DNA from: Bacilli bacterium
Lineage (GTDB): Bacteria; Bacillota_I; Bacilli_A; RF39; UBA660
Reading direction: 5' to 3'
NCBI GenBank assembly: GCA_047971315.1
Contig: JBKDZP010000002.1
Coordinates: forward strand, 7,118-71,117
DNA: 64,000 nucleotides
Of this stretch, positions 32,292-42,835 are shown in pieces; within the stretch, counting starts at the first letter, position 1, and every line of letters starts with the position of its first letter. The notes beneath the pieces were generated by a model that had not been told where the DNA came from, did no database searches, and saw nothing but the letters and a program-made list of their open reading frames with translations. Made by a program: the position numbers and the translations under genes.

Positions 32292-33263
32292 GTGATGTGC
32301 ATGATAAAGCGAATGTATATAAAAAAAATAATAATATCAACATCAGTATTATTTTCTTTATTTTTAATGTACTTGATACCAAGTAAAGAAGATATTATTG
32401 TAAGTCTTGACGGTGATATAACATATGTTGATATGGAGGTTACTAAAGGCGTAATATTTTTGTTAGATCAAAATGAATTTATAGCTAGAACTAAAATTGT
32501 ATTAAGTGATAATACTGATATTGAACAAAAGGCAAGAGATTTATTAGAAGTATTAATTGTAGATGGAGAGGGTGAAAGTAAAATCCCAAGTGGATTTAAA
32601 TCTATTATTCCAAGTGATACTAAAATACTTAGTTTAGATTTTGATAATGGTTTAATTAAGGTTAATTTTTCAAGTGATATTTTAGAAATAAATTCTAAAT
32701 ATGAAGAAAAACTAATAGAAGCTATTGTTTATACATTAACAAATATTGAAGGTGTTTATCAAGTTGTATTATATGTAGATGGAGATATTTTAACAAAACT
32801 TCCCAAAACAGGAATTAATTTACCTAGTACATTAGATAGAAGTTATGGTATAAATAAACAAGTAAATATAGAAACTTACAAAGATATTACAGGAGTTACA
32901 ATTTATTATATAAGTAAATATAATGATAATTACTATTATGTTCCAGTTACAAAATATGTGAATGATGATAGAGAAAAAATAAAAATTATTATTGATGAAT
33001 TAGCAAGTAATCAAACTTTTAATACTAATTTACTTAGTTTTTTAAATAGTAATACTGAGTTACTAGCAACAGAACAAGATTTAACAACTTTATCACTTTT
33101 ATTTAATAAATATATATTTGATGATTTAAATGATAAAAGTATCTTAGAAGAGGTAATTTATACTATAAGTTTATCAGTTGCTGATAATTATAATGTTGAA
33201 GAAGTAATTTTTGAAGTAGAAAATGAAGAAATTTACAAAAGTGTACTAAAAAGTATTGAATAA
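32292..33263 (+). CDS. gerM: Spore germination protein GerM (two GerMN domains)
   Basis: AIVYTLT, LDRSYGIN, YYVPVTK; follows gerE. Confidence 0.85.
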   Translation: MMCMIKRMYIKKIIISTSVLFSLFLMYLIPSKEDIIVSLDGDITYVDMEVTKGVIFLLDQNEFIARTKIVLSDNTDIEQKARDLLEVLIVDGEGESKIPSGFKSIIPSDTKILSLDFDNGLIKVNFSSDILEINSKYEEKLIEAIVYTLTNIEGVYQVVLYVDGDILTKLPKTGINLPSTLDRSYGINKQVNIETYKDITGVTIYYISKYNDNYYYVPVTKYVNDDREKIKIIIDELASNQTFNTNLLSFLNSNTELLATEQDLTTLSLLFNKYIFDDLNDKSILEEVIYTISLSVADNYNVEEVIFEVENEEIYKSVLKSIE

Positions 33264-33310
33264 TTTTTTAGTTTATTGTATAATCAATTTGTTCTTTAAA
33301 AGAACAAGTT

Positions 33311-33387
33311 GTCTTGGTAGCTCAGCAGGATAGAGCAATGCCCTTCTAAGGCATCGGTCGGGGGTTCGAATCTCTCCCAAGACACCA
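33311..33387 (+). tRNA. tRNA-Arg (anticodon TCT)
   Basis: Acceptor stem GTCTTGG/CCAAGAC, D-arm, anticodon stem ATGCC-cTTCTAa-GGCAT, GGTTCGAATC T-loop, encoded CCA. Confidence 0.97.
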
Positions 33388-33394
33388 TTTATAA

Positions 33395-33424
33395 ATTAAC
33401 TAACTAGGAACAGTTAGTTTTTTT
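33395..33424 (+). repeat. Terminator repeat R1 (tRNA terminator)
   Basis: attaactaactaggaacagttagttttttt; near-identical copies at 34606 and 36884. Confidence 0.9.
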
Positions 33425-33579
33425 GTGTTTAAGGATTAATAGGTATTCTATTACAAATAGAAATTATTGGAAAGTTTAATAATAATAAACTATTTGAAAT
33501 TAAAAAATTTTGTTATAAAAAGAAATATTAAGATGATAATCAATGTTCTAACAATATTTTAATATTAAAATAAGATAAA

Positions 33580-33921
33580 TTGAAATATATAAACAAAGAT
33601 AATTTAATATGGAAAATTGCTTATAATTTATGGTGCACTAAAGCAAAAAAATATATTAAAGAAAAAAATAATGTAACTTATGAAGATAATATTAATAAAA
33701 ATTATAAAGTTGATATGATTAATAGACTTATTTATAAAGAAATTGCGACTAATTTAGACAACATTGGTTTAACCAAAAATGAAAAAACATCATTTGAATT
33801 ATATTATTTTAATGACCTTTCAATAAAAGAAATCAGTACAAAAATTAATATTGCTGCAATAAATATTAAATATTATTTATTTAATGCAAGAAAGAAAATA
33901 AAGGAGAGATACTATGAATGA
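33580..33921 (+). pseudogene. Sigma-70/ECF sigma factor fragment (region 4), 5' part decayed
   Basis: LTKNEKTSFELYYFNDLSIKEIS…NIKYYLFNARKKIKE; no RBS; upstream frame broken. Confidence 0.65.
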
Positions 33922-34603
33922 TTTAAATTTAGATAAATATTTAGATATTGCTAATAAAGTAAAATTGGAAAAAGGATTAGATACATATTTATCATTGTAT
34001 CCAATGTTAAGAAAAATTGAAGACATGTTATATGTGTGTGTTGTATTAACAAATGAAAATGATAATGTATGGAGTATTACAAGCAATATAATTCCTGAAT
34101 ATTGGATGTTGATAGACATTAATACATTCGAAGTTGTAGAATTTAATAAAACAGGAGAGAAAAAATTTGCAATTGAAATAATAAAAGAAAAAAATATAGA
34201 AAATAAACAAAAAGAAATTTCTAAATATACAGTTGAAAAAACATTACAATACAAAGAATATTTGATGCAAGATGTAATAAATCAACAACTTCCTATACAA
34301 AAAAATTTATCTTTAATTATTGGTGATAAAATTGAAATTAATGGTGAAACAATAACTGTTAACAATTATTTAATATCTATGCTTGAAAATGATATCAATC
34401 AAAAAGTAAATGAATTAGTTGATTTACTGGCACATTCAAAATACGGATCAATAACATTTTACTATGATTGTATAATTCAAGAAGTGATTAATGAATATAT
34501 AGATAACAAAATTATTAATTTAAATAAAATGGAATTATGTGTAGAAATTATGGATAATTATTATGATGGTGTAATTGGAATTAAAAATATATTTAATATA
34601 TAA
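33914..34603 (+). CDS. Hypothetical protein
   Basis: 229-aa ORF, RBS AAGGAG, overlaps the sigma fragment. Confidence 0.65.
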   Translation: MNDLNLDKYLDIANKVKLEKGLDTYLSLYPMLRKIEDMLYVCVVLTNENDNVWSITSNIIPEYWMLIDINTFEVVEFNKTGEKKFAIEIIKEKNIENKQKEISKYTVEKTLQYKEYLMQDVINQQLPIQKNLSLIIGDKIEINGETITVNNYLISMLENDINQKVNELVDLLAHSKYGSITFYYDCIIQEVINEYIDNKIINLNKMELCVEIMDNYYDGVIGIKNIFNI

Positions 34604-34605
34604 AT

Positions 34606-34637
34606 ATTAAATAACTAAGAATAGTTAGTTTTTTTTT
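34606..34637 (+). repeat. Terminator repeat R2
   Basis: attaaataactaagaatagttagttttttt. Confidence 0.85.
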
Positions 34638-34734
34638 ATTCAATGGAAGAGGTATTATATTTAAAAAAATTATTGTAAAAAAAATAAAAAATGATACTAT
34701 TACTAATAGATAATATAAAAAAAACGAGCATGTT

Positions 34735-36701
34735 ATGAAAAATATAAGACGTAAACAACGGGGATTTACATTAATCGAGTTACTTGCAGTAATAGTAATT
34801 ATAGCAGTAATAGCTTTAATTTCAACACCAATGATTTTAGGAGTAATTGAAAAATCAAAAAAAGGAGCAATAAAGGATTCTGCATATGGAATTTCTAAAG
34901 CAGCCGATTTATACTATGCTTCTAATGTAGAAAATGGAGTATCAATTGAAACAACTCTTGATGTAACAGATGGGACACTAAATTATAAAGGTAAAATAGA
35001 CACCAGTATTGTGATGTTTAATGATTCTGGAAAAAGTAAAATTATAATTTCAATTGATTAATACTGTGCATATAAAGATTATGATGAAAATGTTTCAATA
35101 GGGCTTATTGATGGAAGTTACTGCAATATTAATGAAACATTAATTAGTTTATCAAACTTTGAAATAGGTGAATCTGATTTAAGTTTATTAGTAAAATCAA
35201 CTACTGATGTACCAACTAATGCGTGAATTGAAAATGAAATTAGAGTAATTAGCTCAATAGCTGTGTCAGGTTATGTAATTTCAGATATACAACCAACAAA
35301 TAATACAAAAGGACAAGAATGGATGAAAATAGATTTGACTAGTAGTACACGGATTATGATGGAAACAACATCTATTCCAATTGGTACAACATATCAAAAT
35401 GATGGAAGTAATTGGAATAGAGTAGATACATATATTTATAGTTCAAGATGGATTAAATTTAGTAATTCAACATATAGTGAATCTATATTGAATGGATCAG
35501 CTCCAATTATAGGAACAAATATGATTCCTGTTACAATAGCAGATAATGGGGATGTAACATATGCGAATATAAAAACTGAGTGGTACAATTATAGTAAAAA
35601 ATATGGGCAAATGCAGTAATATTAATAGATAATCTAAGTACTGCATATAAAACAGGTGATAAAATAATAAAAGATGATATTTAATCATACTTTGTATGGG
35701 TACCAAGATATAAATATAAAATATTTAATAAAGGAAATTATACAAGTGTGATTTCAGGTGTGCCAACTGAAAGCTATGCACAAATAATTGATATAATATT
35801 TGAAAATAAAGATACAGCAGTATCAAATGGATCATTAGTAGGAGAATATTTAACACATCCTGCATTCACTACTTTAAATACTAATGGTATATGGGTAGGA
35901 AAATATGAAATAGGATATAGTGGAGCTACAAGTACAGCTACAGCTCAAGTTACAAGCTCAGATTCTTCCAAGATAATAGTAAAACCGAATGTGTATAGTT
36001 GGAGAAGTAATACTGTAAATAATATATTTTTAGCAGCATATAATTATGATACAACTAATAATTCTCAAATGATGGAAAATACTGAATGGGGAGCAGTCGC
36101 ATACCTTTCACACTCAGTATATGGAATTAAAAAGGAAATCAATATTAATAATAATTCCAGTTATAAAACAGGATATAGTGCGCTTACTACAACTAATCAA
36201 ACAATATTTCCAGGAACAAATGGAGATAGCTCAGCGTTTAATCAACTTTATAATACAGAAACAGGATATTTAGCAAGCACTACTGGAAATATTACAGGAA
36301 TATATGATATGTCAAGAGGAGCAGTTGAATATATGGCATCATATGTAAGTGGAAAGTTAGGAAGCAGTGGATTTAATACTACAACTATTGCTTAGTATGA
36401 TTCTAAATATTTTGATGTGTATAGTGTGAGTTCAACCTCTACAACTTGGAACAACAGAATTCTAGGAGATGCAACAGGAGAAATTGGACCAATAAGTAAA
36501 TATGCGGATGCGGATGGGTCGACAAGAGCTCATGATAGTTGGTATGGTGCTTTAACTGATTTTGTGGATTCTTCGTACCCATGGTTCATTCGAAGTAGTA
36601 ATTATAATTTTGGTGCTCTTGCTGGTACATTTAGATTGAAAAAGAGCACAGGAGGTAGCAGTACTAATTCTAGTAGCCGCATTGTGCTTGCTAATTACTA
36701 A
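34735..36701 (+). pseudogene. Disrupted prepilin / C-type-lectin-fold adhesin gene, paralog of 44363-46012
   Basis: RG|FTLIELLAVIVII; colinear with the 44363 gene; stops near 35059, 35224, 35683 and 36393; frameshift near 35600. Confidence 0.88.
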
Positions 36702-36718
36702 AACTATAGTTAGAAACT

Positions 36719-36786
36719 TATAAAATATATTTTTTCATCTACTTTATATTATAAAATACCAAGTAGATGAAAAAATATATTTTATA
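36719..36786. repeat. 26-bp perfect inverted repeat with a 16-nt loop
   Basis: tataaaatatattttttcatctactt / aagtagatgaaaaaatatattttata. Confidence 0.9.
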
Positions 36787-36883
36787 TACTTGAATTAACT
36801 ATAATAATAATTTTAATGACGATTTAAAAAATATTAATATTATTTGAGTTATAGTACTTTGAACTTTAATTTATAATTTATTT

Positions 36884-36911
36884 ATTAACTAACTAGAAAT
36901 AGTTAGTTTTT
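36884..36911 (+). repeat. Terminator repeat R3
   Basis: attaactaactagaaatagttagttttt, immediately followed by the TTGACT-17-TATTAT promoter of the next gene. Confidence 0.9.
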
Positions 36912-36979
36912 ATTGACTTTCATAAAATATAAATGTATTATAAAGTGTATTAAGTATTATAAGTGACTGGGGGATATTT

Positions 36980-38887
36980 ATGCAAAAAAGTAGTATTACC
37001 AAAATAGAAAATGTACTTAAGTGTAAACAAGAAATTGGGTTACAAGAATTATGCAAATTATTAGAGCATTCAGAAAAAGAAACTAGAAAATTACTACTTA
37101 ATTATTTAAATCAAATAATTTGTAAAATAAAAAATAAAGAAGAAATAGAAAAATATATGTATTTATTTAAAATATTTAATTATTTAGAAAATATAGAAAA
37201 TGTAACTGAAAATGATAATATAATAATATCGTTAGAAAATATTTCTATTGTATGTCTTAAAAGATTAAAAGAAAATAAAAAAAATAATAAAGTAAATAAT
37301 AACAATAAAAATATATTTTCTTTGATACTAGATAAAACAGATACTACCGTAATAAAATTAAAACAAAAAGAATTACCAAGATACATCGAAAAATCTAAAA
37401 CTGTACTTGAGATTCTAAATAATTTAATATATAACTACAAAAATTATAATAAAATAGAAGCAATTATAAATACATTTTTAAATGATATAAAATTATCTCA
37501 AGAAGAAATTAATATATTTTTTGAAGAATTAATAGATAAATATACGAAAGCAATAATAGATAATAATCAAATTTTAGATATAATACATTATCAAAAAATA
37601 ATAAAATTATGTATATTTGACTTGAAATTAAATATAGATTTAAATTTAGAAAAAAAACTAATTTCAAAATTAGAAGAAACAAGATATTTAGTTGAAAGTA
37701 AAAATTTTAATAAAAAAAATAAAAAAAGATTTGCTCAATATTTAGATGAAACGATAAAAAATTTAGAAAAAAAAGATGTTACTAATGATATAAATCAATT
37801 AAAATACAAATATAATATATTACCTAATAATAAACATAATATGTTAAATGAACCAAATGATACACAAATGAATAAAAGCACAAAAATAACAGATTGTAAA
37901 AATAAATATACCTTCACGATTGATGAATTTAATACTTGGGCTTTCGATGATGCCTGTTCATTAGAAAAATTGGAAAATGGAAATTATTTACTTGGAATTT
38001 ATGTTGCTGATGTAACAACAGAAGTTCCAAGAAATAGTAATATAGATATTTTGGCAAGAAAAATGGTACAAACAACTAATTTTAATCGTTCAGTAGTTAC
38101 AATGTTACCAACTGATTTAATAAACAAATTAACATTAAAAAAAAATGAAGATAGAATGGCAATTGGTTCATTTTTTGAACTAGATAATAATTTAAATTGT
38201 ATAAATTATTATGTTGAAAGATGTATCATAAATGTTGATAATAATTATAGTTATGATACTGTAGATTGCATGTTAACTGATTCTAAACAGACATTAGAAA
38301 TTAATACTTTAAAGAATATTGTAAAAATAGCAAAAAAATTTCAAAATAGTTCTAATTTGAATACTCAATATCGTTTATCAAAAAAATTAATGGGCGAAAT
38401 AATATGTTGTGAAGCAGCAAATTCTAAATTTGCTCACACTATGATTTCTGATTTAATGGTGCAATATAATTTTTTTATAGCAAACTATTTTAGTAAACAA
38501 CTAAAAGTACCTTTTATTTACCGAGTTAATATATATAATAATGAAAATATTTTACCATTTTTAAAAGAATGTAAATCTGCTAGAGAAGTTGAAAAATATT
38601 TAAGTAACTCTGTTGATTCTTCAATATATTCAGTTGAAAATCTTGGTCATAAGGGTTTATGTTTACCATCTTACTGTCATGCAACAAATCCACTTCGAAA
38701 TTACAGTTCACTAGAAAATGAAAGATTAATAATTGAACATATGATTGATAATGATTTTAGTGCAGATTTAAAAAATAGATATGAAAAATATAAAAATCTA
38801 TGTGAATATATGAATAATAGAATTGAATTAAATAAAGAATATATTGAAGATTCAAAAAAATATATGAAAAATAAAAGCTGTAATTGA
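36980..38887 (+). CDS. RNB-domain (RNase II/R-like) protein with an unrecognised helical N-terminus
   Basis: FTIDEFNTWAFDDACS…LGIYVADVT, PFIYRV, GHKGL…YCHATNPLRNY. Confidence 0.8.
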   Translation: MQKSSITKIENVLKCKQEIGLQELCKLLEHSEKETRKLLLNYLNQIICKIKNKEEIEKYMYLFKIFNYLENIENVTENDNIIISLENISIVCLKRLKENKKNNKVNNNNKNIFSLILDKTDTTVIKLKQKELPRYIEKSKTVLEILNNLIYNYKNYNKIEAIINTFLNDIKLSQEEINIFFEELIDKYTKAIIDNNQILDIIHYQKIIKLCIFDLKLNIDLNLEKKLISKLEETRYLVESKNFNKKNKKRFAQYLDETIKNLEKKDVTNDINQLKYKYNILPNNKHNMLNEPNDTQMNKSTKITDCKNKYTFTIDEFNTWAFDDACSLEKLENGNYLLGIYVADVTTEVPRNSNIDILARKMVQTTNFNRSVVTMLPTDLINKLTLKKNEDRMAIGSFFELDNNLNCINYYVERCIINVDNNYSYDTVDCMLTDSKQTLEINTLKNIVKIAKKFQNSSNLNTQYRLSKKLMGEIICCEAANSKFAHTMISDLMVQYNFFIANYFSKQLKVPFIYRVNIYNNENILPFLKECKSAREVEKYLSNSVDSSIYSVENLGHKGLCLPSYCHATNPLRNYSSLENERLIIEHMIDNDFSADLKNRYEKYKNLCEYMNNRIELNKEYIEDSKKYMKNKSCN

Positions 38888-38955
38888 AAGAAAGCATACA
38901 ACCTTATAGATTTGTATCTTTTTTTTTGTTATAATATAAATAACGAGGTGAACAG

Positions 38956-41499
38956 ATGAAGAGAAACGAAGTTGACTTAAGTAAAGTAACCCCAATGATG
39001 AAACAATATCTCGATATAAAAGAAGAAAATGAAGATATAATATTATTTTTTAGATTAGGAGATTTCTATGAAATGTTTTTTGAAGATGCGATAAATGTAT
39101 CTCATGAATTAGAATTAACATTAACAGGAAAAAATGCAGGACTTGATGATAAAATACCAATGTGCGGAATACCACATCATGCAGCCAATATATATATAGA
39201 AAAGTTAGTAGAAAAAGGTTATAAAATTGGTATTTGTGAACAATTGGAAGACCCAAAAGATTCAAAGGGAATAGTTAAAAGAGGAATAATACAAATTATT
39301 AGTAAAGGTACCATAATAAATGATGAATCTTTAGTTGAATATGAAAATAACTTTATTGGATCAATAATTGACTTTAACCACTGTTATTCACTTGTTTACA
39401 TTGATATTTCAACAGGTGAAATATATGCAAAAATTATCGAACATAATATTTCTAAATTAATTAGTGAAATAGTAAGTATTGGGTTAAAAGAAGTAATACT
39501 AACATCAAAAATTGATGAAAATATAAATACAATTTTAAAAAATCAATTTAAAATAATTACTACAATAACAAATGAAATAAAAGAATTAATAGAATATATT
39601 TATGTTTATGAAGATGTTGAAAATATATATTATATTGAAGGGGTAAAACATTTATTAACATATATTACAAATACTCAAAAAAGAGAATTAAAACATATTC
39701 AAAAATTAGTTATCAAAGAAAATAAAAATAATTTAAAACTAGATATAAATACCAAAAGAAATTTAGAAATAACAGAAACGATTAGACAAAAACAAAGAAA
39801 TTATTCATTAATTTGGTTATTAGATAAAACTAAAACAGCAATGGGCTCTAGAATGCTTAAATCAGTATTAGAAAATCCACTTATAGATAAAGAAGAAATA
39901 AATAGAAGATTTGACATAATTGATATTTTACTAAAAGAATTTATTCTTAAAGAAGATTTAGTTAATTATTTATATGAAGTTTATGATTTAGAAAGACTAA
40001 GTGGAAGAATTGCATTTGGAAATGCTAATGCAAAAGATTTATTACAATTAAAAAATTCATTAAAGGTATTACCTAATATAAAAGAAATATTAAACAAAAT
40101 AAATTTTTATAAAAATATAGAAGATTTGACTGAATTATATAATTTATTAGAAGAAAGTATTTATGAAAATCCACCGATATCTATAAAAGAAGGATATATA
40201 ATAAAAGAAGGATATAATCAAGAATTAGATGACTTAAAGAAATTACGAAAAGGTGGGAAAGATTTCGTAGCAAGGTTCGAAGAAGAAGAAAAAGAAAGAA
40301 CTGGAATTAAAAATTTAAAAATAGGATATAATCGAATATTTGGCTATTATATTGAAGTATCAAAAGGAAATATTAATTTAATTAAAGATGAATTTGGATA
40401 TGAAAGAAGACAAACATTAGCTAACTGTGAAAGATATATTAGTCCAATATTAAAAGAAAAAGAAGCATTAATATTAAGTGCAGAAGAAAAAATAGTTGAA
40501 ATAGAATATAATTTATTTATCCAAATTAGAGATAAAATAAAAGAATATATTCCAAAATTACAAAAAACTGCTAAAGTAATAAGCGAAATAGATGTTATAC
40601 AGTCATTTTCAACAGTATCTGAAGAAAATAATTATGTAAGACCAACATTTAATGACGAAAATATTGTAAAAATAATTGATAATAGACATCCAGTAGTTGA
40701 GCATGTAATCAATAAAGAATATGTTAGAAATGATATCATATTTGATGAAAATACAAATATATTATTAATAACAGGTCCAAACATGGCAGGTAAATCTACA
40801 TATATGAGACAATTTGCTATAACAGTTATAATGGCTCAAAGTGGATGTTTTGTGCCAGCAACAAAGGCTAATTTACCAATTTTTGATGCAATATTTACTA
40901 GAATTGGGGCAAGTGATGACCTTGTAAGTGGAGAATCTACTTTTATGGTTGAGATGAAAGAAGCAAATTTTGCTATTACTAATGCAACAAAAAATAGTTT
41001 AATATTGTTTGATGAATTAGGAAGAGGTACAGCAACATTTGATGGAATGGCACTAGCTCAAGCAATAATCGAGTATATTCACAAATCAATTAAGGCTAAA
41101 ACTCTATTTTCAACTCATTATCATGAATTAACAGATTTAGAAAATACACTACCTAATCTTAAAAATATTCATGTTAGTGCAAAAGAAGAAAATTCTAATA
41201 TAACTTTTCTACATAAAATAAAAAATGGAAGTATAGATAAAAGTTATGGTATTCATGTAGCATCACTTGCAGAACTACCAGATACTGTAATAAACCGAGC
41301 AGATCAAATATTAAAAATATACGAAAAAAATGAAATAAAAAGAGACAAAAATGTACAACAATCTATTTTTACAGAAAAATTTGAAGTAGTAAAGGAATCA
41401 ATAGTGGAAAATGAATTAAAAAAATTGAACTTACTTGAAATTACACCATTAGAAGCAATGAATATTTTATATAAATTACAAGAACAATCAAAAAAATAG
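38956..41499 (+). CDS. mutS: DNA mismatch repair protein MutS
   Basis: TPMMKQY, FRLGDFYEMF, ITGPNMAGKSTYMRQ, DELGRGT. Confidence 0.98.
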   Translation: MKRNEVDLSKVTPMMKQYLDIKEENEDIILFFRLGDFYEMFFEDAINVSHELELTLTGKNAGLDDKIPMCGIPHHAANIYIEKLVEKGYKIGICEQLEDPKDSKGIVKRGIIQIISKGTIINDESLVEYENNFIGSIIDFNHCYSLVYIDISTGEIYAKIIEHNISKLISEIVSIGLKEVILTSKIDENINTILKNQFKIITTITNEIKELIEYIYVYEDVENIYYIEGVKHLLTYITNTQKRELKHIQKLVIKENKNNLKLDINTKRNLEITETIRQKQRNYSLIWLLDKTKTAMGSRMLKSVLENPLIDKEEINRRFDIIDILLKEFILKEDLVNYLYEVYDLERLSGRIAFGNANAKDLLQLKNSLKVLPNIKEILNKINFYKNIEDLTELYNLLEESIYENPPISIKEGYIIKEGYNQELDDLKKLRKGGKDFVARFEEEEKERTGIKNLKIGYNRIFGYYIEVSKGNINLIKDEFGYERRQTLANCERYISPILKEKEALILSAEEKIVEIEYNLFIQIRDKIKEYIPKLQKTAKVISEIDVIQSFSTVSEENNYVRPTFNDENIVKIIDNRHPVVEHVINKEYVRNDIIFDENTNILLITGPNMAGKSTYMRQFAITVIMAQSGCFVPATKANLPIFDAIFTRIGASDDLVSGESTFMVEMKEANFAITNATKNSLILFDELGRGTATFDGMALAQAIIEYIHKSIKAKTLFSTHYHELTDLENTLPNLKNIHVSAKEENSNITFLHKIKNGSIDKSYGIHVASLAELPDTVINRADQILKIYEKNEIKRDKNVQQSIFTEKFEVVKESIVENELKKLNLLEITPLEAMNILYKLQEQSKK

Positions 41500-41508
41500 G
41501 AGGTAAAT

Positions 41509-41898
41509 ATGAAATTATTAAAAAAAGAAAATTGGCTGGTAAATTTAATATTAATGATATTATCAGAAGGATTTTATGCATTTATTTTAGGTCATTATCT
41601 AAAGGTATATAAAAAAGATGCTTGGTATAGAAATAAATTTTATTGGATATTTGGAACCTTATTATTTTTCTTTCCTGTTTTGATAATGTTTTCAATTTTT
41701 AATATACAAATTATGTGTAGTATTTCAAAAAAATTAGAAGTTCCGGGCAGTGAAATATATTGTTCACCATATGTTTGGATTTTATGTTTAATTTTACAAG
41801 TGATTGGCTGGTCATTATTTATAATAATGTTAATTTATATTTTGATATGGCCATCAGTAATGATTTATAGAGGAAATGCAGAACAATATATAGATTAA
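41509..41898 (+). CDS. Hypothetical membrane protein
   Basis: Three hydrophobic segments; AGGAGG RBS. Confidence 0.7.
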   Translation: MKLLKKENWLVNLILMILSEGFYAFILGHYLKVYKKDAWYRNKFYWIFGTLLFFFPVLIMFSIFNIQIMCSISKKLEVPGSEIYCSPYVWILCLILQVIGWSLFIIMLIYILIWPSVMIYRGNAEQYID

Positions 41899-41935
41899 TA
41901 AATTAAAAATAATAATAAATTAAAGGAGTGATATA

Positions 41936-42835
41936 GTGCTTAAAGTAGAAAATGTAACTAAATACTATGGTGATTTTAAAGCCGTAGATAATTTATCATT
42001 TGAAGTGAAAAAAGGTGAAATATTTGGACTTTTAGGAGTGAATGGAGCAGGAAAGACTACAACATTTAGAATGATTATGGGACTATTAGACCCAAATAAT
42101 GGGAAAATTACATTAGATGGTAAAATCATTGATTATGATCAAACTGATAATATTGGATTTTTAACTGAAGAACGTAGTTTATTAGTTAAAATGACTGTCT
42201 TAGAACAAGCTTTATTTTATGGAAATTTAAAAGGAATGTCTAATAATAAAATATTAGATAGATTAGATACTCTATTAAATAAATTTGGAATAGTAGATTA
42301 TAAAAATAAAAAAATAAAAGAATTATCAAAAGGTAATCAACAAAAGATACAATTTATAATGGCAATATTACACGAACCAAAACTGTTAATTTTAGATGAA
42401 CCATTTTCTGGATTAGATCCATTTAACTCAGAATTATTCAAAAAAGAAATAGTTGAAATGGCAGAAAATGGAAGTATGATTATTTTCTCATCACATCGTA
42501 TGGAGCATGTTGAATTGTTTTGCAAAAAACTAGCAATTATTTTAAAAGGTAAAACTGTTTTAGAAGGTTATTTATCTGACATAAAAGAAAAATATCGTAA
42601 AAAAAATATTTTCATAAAAGGTGATGTTGATAAAAAAAAATTAGAATCAATAGATGGAGTAGTTGAGGTTATTACAAAAGCGGATGAATTTGAAGTAATT
42701 ATTGAAGATGCATCAAAAGTAAGCAATGTTTTTAATAAAATAAAAGAAAAAAATAATATTACAAAATTTGTAGTAGAAGAACCATCATTAAATGAAATAT
42801 TTATAGCCAAGGTAGGTGAATCTTATGAAAAATAA
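41936..42835 (+). CDS. ABC transporter ATP-binding protein (YhaQ/NatA-like)
   Basis: GVNGAGKTT, LSKGNQQK, LILDEPFSGLDP. Confidence 0.92.
   Translation: MLKVENVTKYYGDFKAVDNLSFEVKKGEIFGLLGVNGAGKTTTFRMIMGLLDPNNGKITLDGKIIDYDQTDNIGFLTEERSLLVKMTVLEQALFYGNLKGMSNNKILDRLDTLLNKFGIVDYKNKKIKELSKGNQQKIQFIMAILHEPKLLILDEPFSGLDPFNSELFKKEIVEMAENGSMIIFSSHRMEHVELFCKKLAIILKGKTVLEGYLSDIKEKYRKKNIFIKGDVDKKKLESIDGVVEVITKADEFEVIIEDASKVSNVFNKIKEKNNITKFVVEEPSLNEIFIAKVGESYEK

Noticed and set aside
33395-36911. CRISPR array or integron attC array
   Set aside because: The repeats are kilobases apart, are terminator hairpins, lack the RYYYAAC/GTTRRRY attC organisation, and no cas or intI gene is present.
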